Part shown: in pieces, positions 23,706-35,471 of the stretch
Numbering within the stretch: position 1 is the first letter of the stretch
Layout: the number at the start of each line of letters is the position of its first letter
NCBI GenBank assembly: GCA_016906335.1
Contig: JADEYG010000004.1
Location: forward strand, 930,001 to 994,000
Source: Novakomyces olei
Taxonomy: Eukaryota
DNA: 64,000 bases
Direction of reading: 5' to 3'
Made by a program: the position numbers and the translations under genes
The notes under the pieces: model-generated
Databases searched by the model: none
What the model was told of the DNA's origin: nothing
Seen by the model: the letters and a program-made list of their open reading frames with translations, nothing else

Positions 23706-25502
23706 ATGGCGCCATCAATAGTGTACGTGATGAAAGCCAAACTCTCCGACTCTCAGTACAATGAGGTGTGCTCTGCTATAGAAACGCGGCAATGGCGCAA
23801 AACAGATAATATACAAGATGCGACAGTGCTTGTAACGGCACTAAGGCACAGAAAGCGTATCGAACGAGAGATTGCTCTGCTGAGACTCAGGGTAAAGCCT
23901 GAAAACCCGGGAGAACGCAGTCTTAAAGTTGTTTCAATAGACCAGCTGCTCCATGCTGGCACAGAGGAGCAGGCGCTCTTTAAGATAGCAGTGGAAGCAG
24001 TGCCACGGGAAAAGCCTACACCGCACGAAGCGAAACAAGAGTCCAGCGGCGCTCAGAAACGCAAAAGCACGGATATTACGCATAGCTCTCCTACCAACAC
24101 AGACTCTAAACCTGCAGCCGAATCGGCGACACCAGCCAAGCCCAAACTGTCAGCCAATGCAGCTCAAACAAGTACTGGAATAAACCCTAACCCTAACCAA
24201 GCTACCCTGGTAAACCCTAGCATCGAACCGGTAGCGGATCCAGAACCTCTTCCAGCCAGCGTCAGCCCCAGTTTGCAAAATTTGTCGTCGCCACACTCTG
24301 CAATTTCCGATGAAAATGGTGAGCCTTTGCGGAAACGGCCAGTCTTGGACGAGGACCAATTCTTTCAAAATTTCAAGCCTTTGGCTTGCCAGCGTCGGCA
24401 TCCAGAGACTTGTGCAAACGAAGATTTTGCCCACATTCTAAGAGACATGAGGCATATCCGCATTCTGCAAGAAGACGAGCATGGAGAACGTGCTTATTCA
24501 ACAGCACTAGCAAGTGTGAGATCAGTTCCCTTCCGTATCACATCTGCACGGCAAATTGAAAGACTAGAAGGCTGTGGCCGCAAGATCAGTGCTCTCTGGT
24601 CCATCTGGCATTCGGCGGGCAGGGTCCCCGAGCTGGAAAATGCCTGGGCTGATCCAGTAGTGGAGAGAAAACATTTGTTTTGGAACGTTTGGGGAGTCGG
24701 TCCAGTGCAAGCGAGACGGTGGGTTGAGGAATACCATTGGAAAACATTGCAAGATGCATTAGAGCATTGGGACCAGCTAACGAGGCAACAGCAATGTGGA
24801 TTAAAATATTATTATCATTATCAGGATCTAATGGACCGTGATGAAGTGTGGCAGATCGCAGAGTTGGTGGTAGAGCAAGCAAATAATGTAGTAAAGGCAA
24901 AACTGGCTGGCCAGAGAATAGCGGGCAAAAAGGGTGGTGGTAAGGAAGAGGACTCAAGTTTGGAGCAGGTGACATTTTGCGTCGTAGGCGGAACGCGCCG
25001 GGGCAAAACGGCGTCGGCTGATTGTGATGTTCTTTTGACCCACAGCCGTTTGTTTACGCGTGAAGATATGCTGATGCCGCTGCTACGGCAATTAGAAGAC
25101 GCGGGTTTGGTCAATTTAACTCTTGGTGTAGTGGCAAAATCCAACCGTGATCCGCTGACACAGAGGCAGCCAGTGCTTACAGCTATGGTGGACTTTATGT
25201 CGCCTAAGCATCGCGGCTTTCATAGACGAGTAGACATTATTATTGCTCCCCCAGCTTTTGCAGCCACTGCTCTTGTCGCATGGACGGGGGCAGTGACTTT
25301 TGAACGGGATTTGCGACGTTACACACAAAGGAGCCTTGACTATCGCTTTGATAGCTGTGGTGTTTTAGATATGAGGACAAATAAGCTCATCTCTGCCGAT
25401 GTTACTTGGCACCCAGGTGAAAGTATTGAGGCCGCTGAGCGCAGAGTCTTTACGGTGCTGAAATTGGAGTATATCGAGCCGACGGAAAGGTGTACCGGCT
25501 AA
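23706..25502 (+). CDS. POL4: Family X DNA polymerase (Pol mu-like)
   Basis: 8-kDa domain, VWGVGP HhH, GG.RRGK...DCDVLLTH, RRVDII, WTG..FERDLRRY. Confidence 0.9.
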   Translation: MAPSIVYVMKAKLSDSQYNEVCSAIETRQWRKTDNIQDATVLVTALRHRKRIEREIALLRLRVKPENPGERSLKVVSIDQLLHAGTEEQALFKIAVEAVPREKPTPHEAKQESSGAQKRKSTDITHSSPTNTDSKPAAESATPAKPKLSANAAQTSTGINPNPNQATLVNPSIEPVADPEPLPASVSPSLQNLSSPHSAISDENGEPLRKRPVLDEDQFFQNFKPLACQRRHPETCANEDFAHILRDMRHIRILQEDEHGERAYSTALASVRSVPFRITSARQIERLEGCGRKISALWSIWHSAGRVPELENAWADPVVERKHLFWNVWGVGPVQARRWVEEYHWKTLQDALEHWDQLTRQQQCGLKYYYHYQDLMDRDEVWQIAELVVEQANNVVKAKLAGQRIAGKKGGGKEEDSSLEQVTFCVVGGTRRGKTASADCDVLLTHSRLFTREDMLMPLLRQLEDAGLVNLTLGVVAKSNRDPLTQRQPVLTAMVDFMSPKHRGFHRRVDIIIAPPAFAATALVAWTGAVTFERDLRRYTQRSLDYRFDSCGVLDMRTNKLISADVTWHPGESIEAAERRVFTVLKLEYIEPTERCTG

Positions 25503-25701
25503 TACAGATTTGAGTGTTGAGCAAGCACAGTCTTGTACATAGATTATCGATTTCGTTTAATCATCTTTGCTCTAATGCTGCTGTCCTGTCTACTGCTCAC
25601 CGGCTCCTTGTAGCTTTTAATCTTTCACTTTTTCTCTATTCTGTTGTACCCTCACTGCTTTCCAGTATCGGCTCCATCGCCTGATCGCTTGCTGTAGTCG
25701 G

Positions 25702-26705
25702 CTAGGGTAAAGCCGCTAGTTCCTTGGCCAAGCATAAAAAATTGCTCTGGACGAGATCTGGAATGCAATTAGTCGCAGGCGTTTAGAATGATAAAATTAC
25801 CAGGCTGGCCAAAAATGGTGTGACACTCTTCGCACTCTGCATAATCCAAGTATGCGGTTTTGAACCTGAATATTAGAGGCCAATGACCAAAGCACATAAA
25901 ACAAAACAAATGAAAAGTATCGAAAAACAAAAACAATAAACATTAAATTTCAACTTGAATGCACGAGGCAAAATTCGAGTTTCAAATCAATTCAATGGCA
26001 AACTCAAGGTAAAAACGAATGCATAAAGACGCAGTAAACATATAAATTTATATTTACGGTCCACTTCAAATGAGCTAAATCGTTGATAGGACATTACCCA
26101 TTTCGTTTTGCTGAGACCAGGTCCCACTGATGTGCAGCCACGAACCAAGGATCGCCCTTTTCCGCGACACCACTATACTCTGACAGGGCACGAACGGCCT
26201 TTAGCCCCGCTTCATATACACGCTTGTCCGGTTTAGCGGCTCTTAATGTGTCTGTAGAAACAATCTCATCGTCCATCATTGCAATACCAGCGGAAGCAAA
26301 GAAATTCTTTGTTGTTTGTACGCCTCCATTAGTCACAGCCACGACTCGATGGCCGTGTTGCCGCAGCAACTCGATCCCCGGCCGTAAGCCTTCTACTGGC
26401 TGTAAACGCGTAAACGCGGCAGATATTTGGTTCAAGCAATGGTCTGAAATGCCTTCGAGAGGGACGCATAGCATACGCAGAGCGCGTCGCAGCGTATACC
26501 GAAGCACTTGCGAGATCGGTCGGTATTCGCCGGCCATAGAAACATAAGAGAAATCTCGTTGCGCTGCACTGAACCAAAAGAGCACAAGAGCACGTGGCGA
26601 AATGCCTTGCACTTCAAGCTGCTGTCCAATGACATCATCGACCGCAGCAACGACCGGATCGAGGGTAAAACACGTCTCCAGCACGTCCAAGCAGATCTCA
26701 ACCAT
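25702..26705 (-). CDS. HAD-superfamily hydrolase (haloacid dehalogenase type II-like); introns 25866-26097 and 25758-25800
   Basis: LDVLETCF, VTNG, AKPD, VAAHQWDL, G|FKTAY. Confidence 0.85.
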
Positions 26706-27122
26706 GTTGCTTGTGTATAAGCGCAGTCCTTAGAAAACTGCTGCCTATCTTTGACTCAATCGATAACTGCAAATGAGACTAGACAATAAACAACCGAAAC
26801 AGAAATCGAAACAGAAATAGAAATAAACTCGACGCTAAACAAACTGAATCGCCAAGTGCAATTGCCGTTGCAATTGCCGTTGCGAATGCCGTTGCGATTG
26901 CCGTCCACCTGTTTGTCGCAGTATGAGCTAATCATACGTCATAGTTTATGTCAAAGTGATATAAGCAGGAAAAATACGTATACCCTTCTGGGGTAGCAAA
27001 TATACGAGTCCCTATAATGTGGGGAAATACTATAATAATTACGAAATATACGATGCCGTATATTATAATATACGGACTAAAGCACTAGTCTCCAGAGATG
27101 ATAATAAAACCAAGAAAAATCA

Positions 27123-28490
27123 TTACAGTTTAGACTGAGGTCTAACGTCTGCCGCTGCCGCTGCTAAACACTTTTCCGCGTCCATAGTCATACTGCTTAT
27201 GATTTCGGCGGCAGTAGGAACATCGTTTATCGCACCAGCAACGGAACCCATAAGCCACGGACGAAGCTCCGCTTCATCAAGGTCAGGGTTCTCGTCAATA
27301 TCATGCTGGAACGGGAGTACTCCTTAAAAGTAAGACGATGCCTTTCAGCTAAATAGAATAAAATTAACAAAAAGATGTAGATACCTTGTGAAGTAAGCTT
27401 TGCAATTTCATCGCGTCTTTTTGTTTCCCAGTTCTCAATGTAAGCCGTTTTGCGTACATTGAGCGGCCTTCCAGTATATATAAGCGTCTTTATTACTCCG
27501 TCAGACGGAGCAGACAGAACGGCTTCGACATGAGCCCGTGGTGCACCGGATTCGCGACAGGCAACGAACCGTGTTCCCACCCAAACTGCCTCTGCACCCA
27601 TAGCCAGAGCGGCGGCGAGAGAGCGGCCGTTGTATATACCACCAGCAGCGACTACTTTTACTGGCATTTTCGTGACAGACGACTGGCAGCCGCTGGCCTG
27701 CACCGCGTCAATGACTTGAGGCAGCAACACTGACGTGGGCACGTGACCAGTATGGCCACCGCCCTCGCCGCCTTGAGCGCATATGAAATCGACTCCAGCT
27801 TTAAGAGCTTTGTCCACGTGACGGACATGCCCAATCATATTCATGACAGGGATTCCGGCAGCATGGAGCTTTTCGACAATCTGACTTTTAGAAAAGAAAA
27901 TAACGATAACATTGATTTGAAGGCAAAAGACTGAAAGAACAAAACAGTGAAAAAGAATTATCAGCATTAAAAAGATAGTTGGACCGTTGCCACAACAGAG
28001 CAGATAGAAGAGCAGATAAAAGAGCAGACAATAACAACTAAAAGTCTTTGGCAGAGCAAACCCCGCTAGTCTAGGCTTACATGAACGGGTGGCACGCCCA
28101 CAGCAGAAATGAAAAGGCTGGCTCCCTTTTCGATAACGATATCGACCAGTTCGTCCAATTTCCCTTTTGTATAGTCATAATTGGTTTTGCGTGCAGAGCC
28201 GCCGACTTGTGGGATCAAAAGGTCCACGCCAAACTTACGACCGGGCTCTAGCAGCGACTTGAGCTCGTCGATCTTCTCGCTCAGCATCTCGGGCGTGTAA
28301 AACACTCCGCCCCAACAGCCGAGGCCGCCTTGCTCGTTAGTTTGGAATTATAAGATAAACTCTGCTTTGCAAAGGTACCAGCGTTACTGACAGCCGCAGC
28401 CAGTCGTGGATTGGCCACCACATTCATGCCGGCAAGCATAATGGGCGTTTGAAGGCCAAAGTAGCGTGAAGTCGGAGTCTCTAGCGGCAT
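27123..28490 (-). CDS. Nitronate monooxygenase / 2-nitropropane dioxygenase family, C-terminal SKL; introns 28329-28378, 27881-28080, 27323-27384
   Basis: PIMLAGM, AAVSNAGGLG, QGGEGGGHTG, VAAGGI, VWVGTRF; last exon ends VRPQSKL*. Confidence 0.92.
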
Positions 28491-28976
28491 TTTGACGCGG
28501 GGTAGTGTGGGGAAGTGCCTGTTATATTATATATTCCGACTTGCCAATGTTATATACAAAACGTATATTTGCACGTGACAGCGTTATGTGTTGTATATAA
28601 AGTTTGCTGCTGCTCAATATATGTATTTATATTTATTTCTATTTATACATATATTCATCTCTCCTTATGTTTTGCTCAAGTAGCAGATGAGCCAATCATG
28701 TTAGTACTAAGGCTCGTAGCTTTGCTCGTTTAATGCAGATAATAATTGGGGTTAGGGTTAGGTTCAGGTTAGTTTGGGGGTTGAGTTTACAATTATAAAA
28801 TTTATTAGATTGAATCACTTGGCGCACAATCAACGTACTAATAATACTCAAAATTATTCGATCGTTGCTACGCTTAACGCACGCGTAAAGATAGGCACAC
28901 ATACCACAATGCAGTAATATAATGTGAGCGTAATACAGAACATGGTAATAAAGTAAACGTAACAGTAGATGTAATT

Positions 28977-29034
28977 AATAAATATAAATATAAATATAAA
29001 TATAAATATAAATATAAATATAAATATAAATATA
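28977..29034. repeat. (AAATAT)n 6-mer array
   Basis: ~9 units upstream of DNM1. Confidence 0.9.
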
Positions 29035-29197
29035 ATAGCACAGGCAATTGCCCCTAGTTTTACGTCTTTAAACTGTCCTGCTTACGCTCGGTTGTGCGCG
29101 TGCAACTGGGCGTCATCGGCTCGAACGCAATTGCAGTCACTGCAGACTGTTTACCGTCTTTTGTTCCATTTCGTTCACGTGCTTTTCTTACAAAATT

Positions 29198-31806
29198 ATG
29201 GATACGGAAACGGGTGAACGGCCGTCTTTTACCGCCCCAGCGTCTTCTCGACCAAGCGCTGCCACAGCAGCAGCAGCAGCTCCTTTGCTGCCTTTTCCTG
29301 ACGCCGGCAGCCCCGAAGAGTTTTCACGGAGTTCTTCGTCGACACCCAGCTCGCTGGCTCCGGCAACGGCTACTACACGCTCGCGCGAGAGCAAAATTAA
29401 TATGATGGATGATCTTATCCCCCTGGTCAATAAACTGCAAGATCTGGTCTTCAACACTATTGGAAATGACACTTTGGATCTCCCACAGGTCGTTGTTGTC
29501 GGCAGCCAGTCGTCCGGGAAAAGCTCTGTGCTTGAAAATATTGGTAACTTTGTTCATTGTCCTTTTTGCAACCCAACTAATTCGTAGTGGGCCGAGACTT
29601 TTTGCCACGTGGGTCTGGCATAGTGACCAGAAGGCCGCTCATACTGCAGCTTATTAATGTGAAGAGTGATCGGTCTGAAAGCGCCAAGCCGCATACGGCA
29701 GAAGCGGTTGGTTCAGAACCGGAGTGGGCCGAGTTTTTGCACCGTCCTGGCGTCAAGTATACGGATTTTCAGGACGTCAAACATGAGATCGAGGCTGAGA
29801 CTGCTCGGCTGGCCGGGAACAATAAGGGAATCAGCCGGCTTCCCATCAACCTCAAGGTCTACTCGCCGCATGTCCTCAACCTGACACTCGTAGACCTTCC
29901 TGGGCTCACGAAAATTCCTATCGGCGATCAGCCTACGGACATTGAGCGGCAAGTCCGCAGTCTTATTTTCGACTATATTGCTAAACCAAACTCTATTATT
30001 CTTGCAGTCACTCCTGCCAATTTGGACCTTGTCAATTCTGAGGGCCTCAAACTTGCCCGCCACGTTGATCCACAGGGCAAGCGTACTATTGGCGTCCTTA
30101 CAAAGCTCGATCTTATGGATCAGGGTACAAATGCACTAGAAATATTGGCGGGCAGGGTCTATCCTCTTCGTCTAGGCTTCATCGGAACCGTAAACAGGTC
30201 ACAACAGGATATTCAAGCCGGTATACCGCTATCAGAATCCTTAAAGGCAGAAGAGGCATTTTTCCGAAACAACCCAGCCTACAAAAACATTGCCCATCGC
30301 TGTGGAACACCTTACTTGGCCAAGACTTTAAGCAATACTCTGATGGCTCATATAAGGGACAGGCTTCCAGAGATAAAGGCACGTATAAGCTCTCTGATAA
30401 ACCAGACAAAGCAAGAGCTGCAGTCTTATGGTGACAGTCATTTCCAAGGCAAAGAGCATCGTGGGGCTCTTATCCTTCAACTACTAACCAAGTTCGCTGC
30501 CAGATTCGTAAACAGAATCGATGGAACAGCCCCAGAAATATCGACAAAGGAGCTCTGTGGCGGTGCTCGTATTTATTACATTTTCGACTCGGTCTTTGGG
30601 CACTCGTTAAAGCTGATAGAGCCTACTGACAATCTGACGGAACGAGATGTTCGCACTGCAATTCGAAACTCTACGGGTCCGCGTGCAAGTCTTTTTGTAC
30701 CAGAATTGGCGTTTGAACTCCTTATTAAACCTCAAATTTCAATGCTGCAAGTTCCCAGTCAACGGTGCGTTGAGCTGGTGTACGATGAACTGGTCCGAAT
30801 CTGCAATTCTTGTGGCGACACGGAGCTCGAAAGGTTCCCAAGACTTCACGGCAAACTGATTGAAGTCGTTTCCGATCTTTTACGAGAGCGTTTAGGTCCT
30901 ACTGCAGATTACGTAGACAGCCTTATTCAAATACAGCAGGCATACATCAATACAAATCACCCAGATTTCGTTGGCGGAGCCGGTGCAGTTAATTCAGTAC
31001 TGAGTAAAAGGCAGTCGTCTTCAGCAGCGGCCCAGTCGAGACGGGAGATTGTCAACGGGGGCAGTTTGGAGGGTTCAGACGTACACGTTTCAGCAAAAAA
31101 TTTGAACGCTAATAGCCACAACACGAATAGCATCAGCCACCATAGCCATCACCAGCAGAGATCATTATCACAACCGCCTTTTATTGACGAGGGCTACGGA
31201 GCTTCCAAGGCCTCGTCGGCCAGAACAAACGGCCAATCGGCCCTTGCTGAACCAGAGTCCCTGGTGGATCATACTTCACAACAGCAGCGGGACTCTCGCG
31301 AATCGTTCTTGACATACTTCTTTGGTAATCGCGACAGTGCCTCGAGCGTGGACCGTGTCCTCCCGCCTCCTCCACAAATTAGCACGGAAAACCCTGGAAT
31401 AGACGGTCCCGGTTTGCATGGAAATACTGCGGACGCTTCTGCCCTTCGACTTGAAGGACTCGCTCAAGATTTGCACGGAGCTGCTCTGTTAAACGATACG
31501 ACTGAAGACGATCCCCTGACGGAACGGGACCATATGGACTCTGAGCTAATCCTCCACCTTATCACATCCTACTTTAATATCGTTCGGCTCTCAATCCAAG
31601 ACCAGGTCCCCAAGGCGGTCATGCACTTGCTCGTAAATTTCAGCAAATCAACCGTACAAAACAGGCTCGTTACGGAACTTTACAAAGAGAATTTGTTTGA
31701 TTACTTGCTACACGAAGACGAGGCGCTTGTGGCAGAGCGAGAAAAATGTTCTAAAATGCTGGAAGTTTATCTGAACGCAAGTAAAGTCATTTCTGAAATT
31801 CTTTGA
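29198..31806 (+). CDS. DNM1: Dynamin-related GTPase for mitochondrial/peroxisomal fission; intron 29544-29587
   Basis: [64 protein letters not shown] domain. Confidence 0.95.
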
Positions 31807-32229
31807 TCAGTATTTGTTTCTCTGGAAAATTCTCAATTTCCTGGATGATTTGATCTCGACTCTTACTCATCTCTTTTGTTTATTTACTGTTTTACCGATC
31901 GGTCTGTTTATTTGTCGATCTGCTTTTTCATCAGTCTTATTTTCTCATGTCTCCTCATACTCGCTACGCTTTCATTCGCTGTAATTTCCCTGTCACTCTA
32001 TTATTACACGAAAAATTGCTTGTCATCATCATTTTTCAACCTGTCAAACGATTACTTACATTTGCTTACTTTACATTTTACTACTTGTGTATTAGACTAC
32101 CGTGCAACCTTTCCGTTTCTGCCTTGTCTCACCAAATCTCGTCTTATCTATCTGTCTATGGAGTGTATAGAAGATTCTTTTGCGATCAGTATCAAAATAC
32201 TATTGAAACGATTACAAATATTCTGTAAT

Positions 32230-32732
32230 TTATGATGTTGTTTGCTGTGTAGTGTTTTGCACGGGGCTGCTTGTTTGTGGCCTGAGGCAGTTTATTGTAC
32301 GAATAAACAGTTTCAATCGCCTTAAAGCTTGCATTCCGCGCAAATGGGTCTTTTCACTAAAAGTATGCTCAGACCGTGGTTTTTGCACGCCCGTCACTGT
32401 ATCGAACTCTGACGCGGAAGGCAATTGCTCTAATTGCGCCACTTGAGTTAGAAGAGTTGATTATAAAAAGCCAATTAGACTAGAATACAATAAAAAAACA
32501 GTAAAAAATAAATAAATAATTTACTAATAAAATAACTGCAATTTGCAAAGAGCATACAGACATCAGGCGTCGAGGGCTCGGTGAGATTTATAGCTTCCGG
32601 CTGAAGCCCAGTCTCTGACGGCTGTGGAGCCGCCGAACTCGGTTCGTTTTGGAATGACTCGCTTGATTCCATACGGTAATCGAACTTTTGCAAATAATCA
32701 GAAAAATAAGACCACCAAGACGACGCCACCAT
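32230..32732 (-). CDS. Predicted 128-aa two-exon orphan protein; intron 32442-32557
   Basis: GTATGC donor, CTAAC branch and AAG acceptor join two ORF-track fragments in phase (175+212 nt). Confidence 0.55.
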
Positions 32733-33391
32733 GGCTTTGGAGATAGCTTTACTGCCGGGAAGCAGATCAATGGATTTTCTATCTTGACACACTCTTTCTC
32801 ATATCATAGTAATAATTTGATGGAATCATTTGCAATTATAATGATTGAAATTATCCCGGAGTGCTATGTGATATTTTATCACGTGAACATTTTTTTCCCT
32901 TTTAATACTACGCGTACACAATGATCACGAGAGCCATCATTTCCGAATCAAATTAAAATGCTTCCTAAACCATATCTATTCTCTATAAGATGTGCATACA
33001 AGTATGCTTTGCTTTTGATTTGTGTAAATTGAACAATGCACGTATGTACATATGCCGTCAATCTTAGACCAAGACACGTAAAATACACGTTTCAATGCCT
33101 GTACATCAATGAGTTACTGCTGCAGTAAAGCATTGCGCGTGCCATGTTTGCACCAATTTGCACCAATTTTGAGCTTTTGTTTTGTCAACCAGTAATTGAG
33201 TGGCCGTCATTAGATATTCGTTATGATAAAAGTACAAGTATCTCACCGTTAGAACTCTTACTCATCAACCATCTCAACCATCTATTCCTAAAAAAACCCG
33301 TCTGGATCTTTCGATAATATCGTCCCTCAAGCGGTCAAATACCAAAATAATAATCCCTTTCTCTTTACCATTCTTCCGTCTTGCGGAGAAT

Positions 33392-35270
33392 TTAATGTCC
33401 ATTGACCCGGTGATGGTGATGATGATTAAATATAGAAATATCATCAGCGGCCTTTTCTTCCAGATGCACTGTAGCACCTTCACTCAAAGGCTGACCGTCC
33501 ACGGACAGTCCGCTCTTCATTGCCGATAATTTAGCATTTTCGCTTCGAATGTAAGCCAAATGCTCCAAGTACTCTTCTTCCCGGCCCGTCACATAAGTGC
33601 CATTAAACAGTCCGACTTCAAAGCTTTCAATTTTTGGATTAGCCTCCACACACGATCGAACCAAGTTCTCCAGAGTCTGGTAAATCACACAGTCAGCTCC
33701 AATCTTCTCAGCTACTGAGGCCTCTTCCACACCATAAGCAACAAGATGCTTTCTGTCTGCTAAATCTATCCCATAAATATGAGGATGACGAATAGGCGGA
33801 GCGCAACTAGCAAAAAGTACTTGCTTTGCACCTGCTTCCCGAGCCATTGCCACAATTTCATGTGAAGTAGTTCCCCTGACAATTGAATCATCTACTAAAA
33901 GCACAATTTTATCCTTAAACTCTTGCGGCTGCGCATTCAGCTTTCGACGAACTGACTTCCTGCGGACTTGTTGGCCGGGCATAATGAAAGTACGGCCAAC
34001 GTACCGGTTTTTTATGAACCCTTCGCGGTACGGCAAATCAAGATCCTGTGCTAATTGAAGAGCCGACGTTCTTGCGCTATCTGGAACAGGAATAACAACA
34101 TCGATGGAGGGAACAAACTCTGCCCCAACACGATCAACGACAGTTTTGGCCAAGTAATGGCCCATATTGACACGGGACTGATAGACGGAAATGCCGTCCA
34201 AAACAGAGTCTGGCCGGGCGAAATAAACGTACTCAAAGACATCGGGAGTGTACCCGAGCTGCTGGTAAACTTGCCGAGCCAGTACCCGCGGTTCACGGGC
34301 CCCTGAACCGGGTTTCTCTATAATTATTGCCTCTCCAGGAGCCAAATCACGGAACTTCAAGTACCCATTTTGCTGGCAAACGACACTTTCGCTCGCAAAC
34401 ATGTAATCTTTGCTGCCATTTGCATTTACTCGTTCCCCAATAACGAGCGGACGTATACCGTGTGGATCACGGAAACCTAGAATGCCGAACCCTGCAAGCA
34501 TGCCCACACACGTGTAGCCGCCTTTGCAGCGGGAATAAACGCCGCTGAGGGCCTTGAAAATATCGTCAGAATTGATACGGAATTTTCCGGTTTTTTGTAG
34601 CTCTGAAGCAAAGACATTTAATAGCAGCTCAGAATCAGAGTCCGTGTTAATATGACGATGAGCGTCAATGTCAAGGTAGTGCCGTAACTCGGGTGCATTA
34701 ACCAAGTTGCCGTTCTATTATTAGCCATTATTTTAACGTTAAAAATAAGATAAACTAAATTCATTAAAAAAGAAGTCATACATGAGCAAATGCAATGCCA
34801 TAAGGTGAGTTGACGTAGAACGGCTGAGCTTCACTGTTTGCAGAACTGCCGGCCGTGGGGTATCGTACTGTTGCGTAAGCATTATAAATAGACAGCCGAT
34901 AGAACGAGTGATTTGACTATACTTTGTACAATACAGTCACGAGGCATGAAAAATCAAAGAGCAAAAGTAGAATAAAAGAGCAAAAGTAGAATAAAAGAGC
35001 AAAAGTGCAGGGTAGCACTCGACTCTGTCAGCAATAAAACGTACCATGTCCAATCCCCATACTGCCCAAAAGGCCACGGAGCTCAGAATCATCAAAGACC
35101 TCCGCTACCATACCGTTGCCCTTGCATTGGTACATACGGCCGCGAGGGCCGCATGTTGTAATTCCAGCGGCATCTTGTCCGCGGTGCTGAAGGCTATATA
35201 GCCCTTCGTATATTTCAGGGCACGCTGGCAGTGAAGCATCCGATAGCAAAACACCCAGAATCCCGCACAT
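33392..35270 (-). CDS. ADE4: Amidophosphoribosyltransferase; introns 34868-35044 and 34715-34781
   Basis: [50 protein letters not shown]. Confidence 0.97.
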
Positions 35271-35279
35271 GATAAAGAC

Positions 35280-35471
35280 CTTGTATTAGTGTGTGATGTG
35301 GGAAAGAGTAAGAGTGTCATTCACGCTCAGATTGAATCGAGTGATTTGTTGTCTGCATTGCGCTGGGCGCTTAGCAGTCTAGCATGTATCTTCTCATTAA
35401 TCATCATCGCACGAGTCAAGGCATATTGATTTGATCTCGTAAAAAATCATACAGGAATACAGAACAGATAC
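35280..35471 (-). other. Predicted 5'-UTR intron of ADE4 (donor at 35452, 35460 or 35471)
   Basis: CTAAT branch and AAG acceptor 9 nt before the ATG; GTATGA/GTATTC/GTATCT donors upstream. Confidence 0.65.
35321..35414 (-). ncRNA. Box C/D snoRNA, probable snR58 homolog (LSU Cm663-equivalent guide)
   Basis: Box C ATGATGA (35401-35407), box D CTGA (35327-35330), terminal stem UCGUGC/GCGUGA, D'-like CTAA, C'-like ATGCAGA; guide ATACATGCTAGACT complementary to the LSU GAGUCUA(A/G)C region. Confidence 0.8.

Noticed and set aside
24181-24220. Telomere-like AAACCCTAACCCTAACC inside POL4
   Set aside because: Only 2-3 units and encodes in-frame NPNPN; not a telomere or a telomerase RNA template
17196-35270. 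ADE2 and ADE4 as a purine gene cluster; HAD/NMO/NIT/SQR as a detoxification cluster
   Set aside because: Separated by unrelated housekeeping genes; no shared regulatory evidence seen
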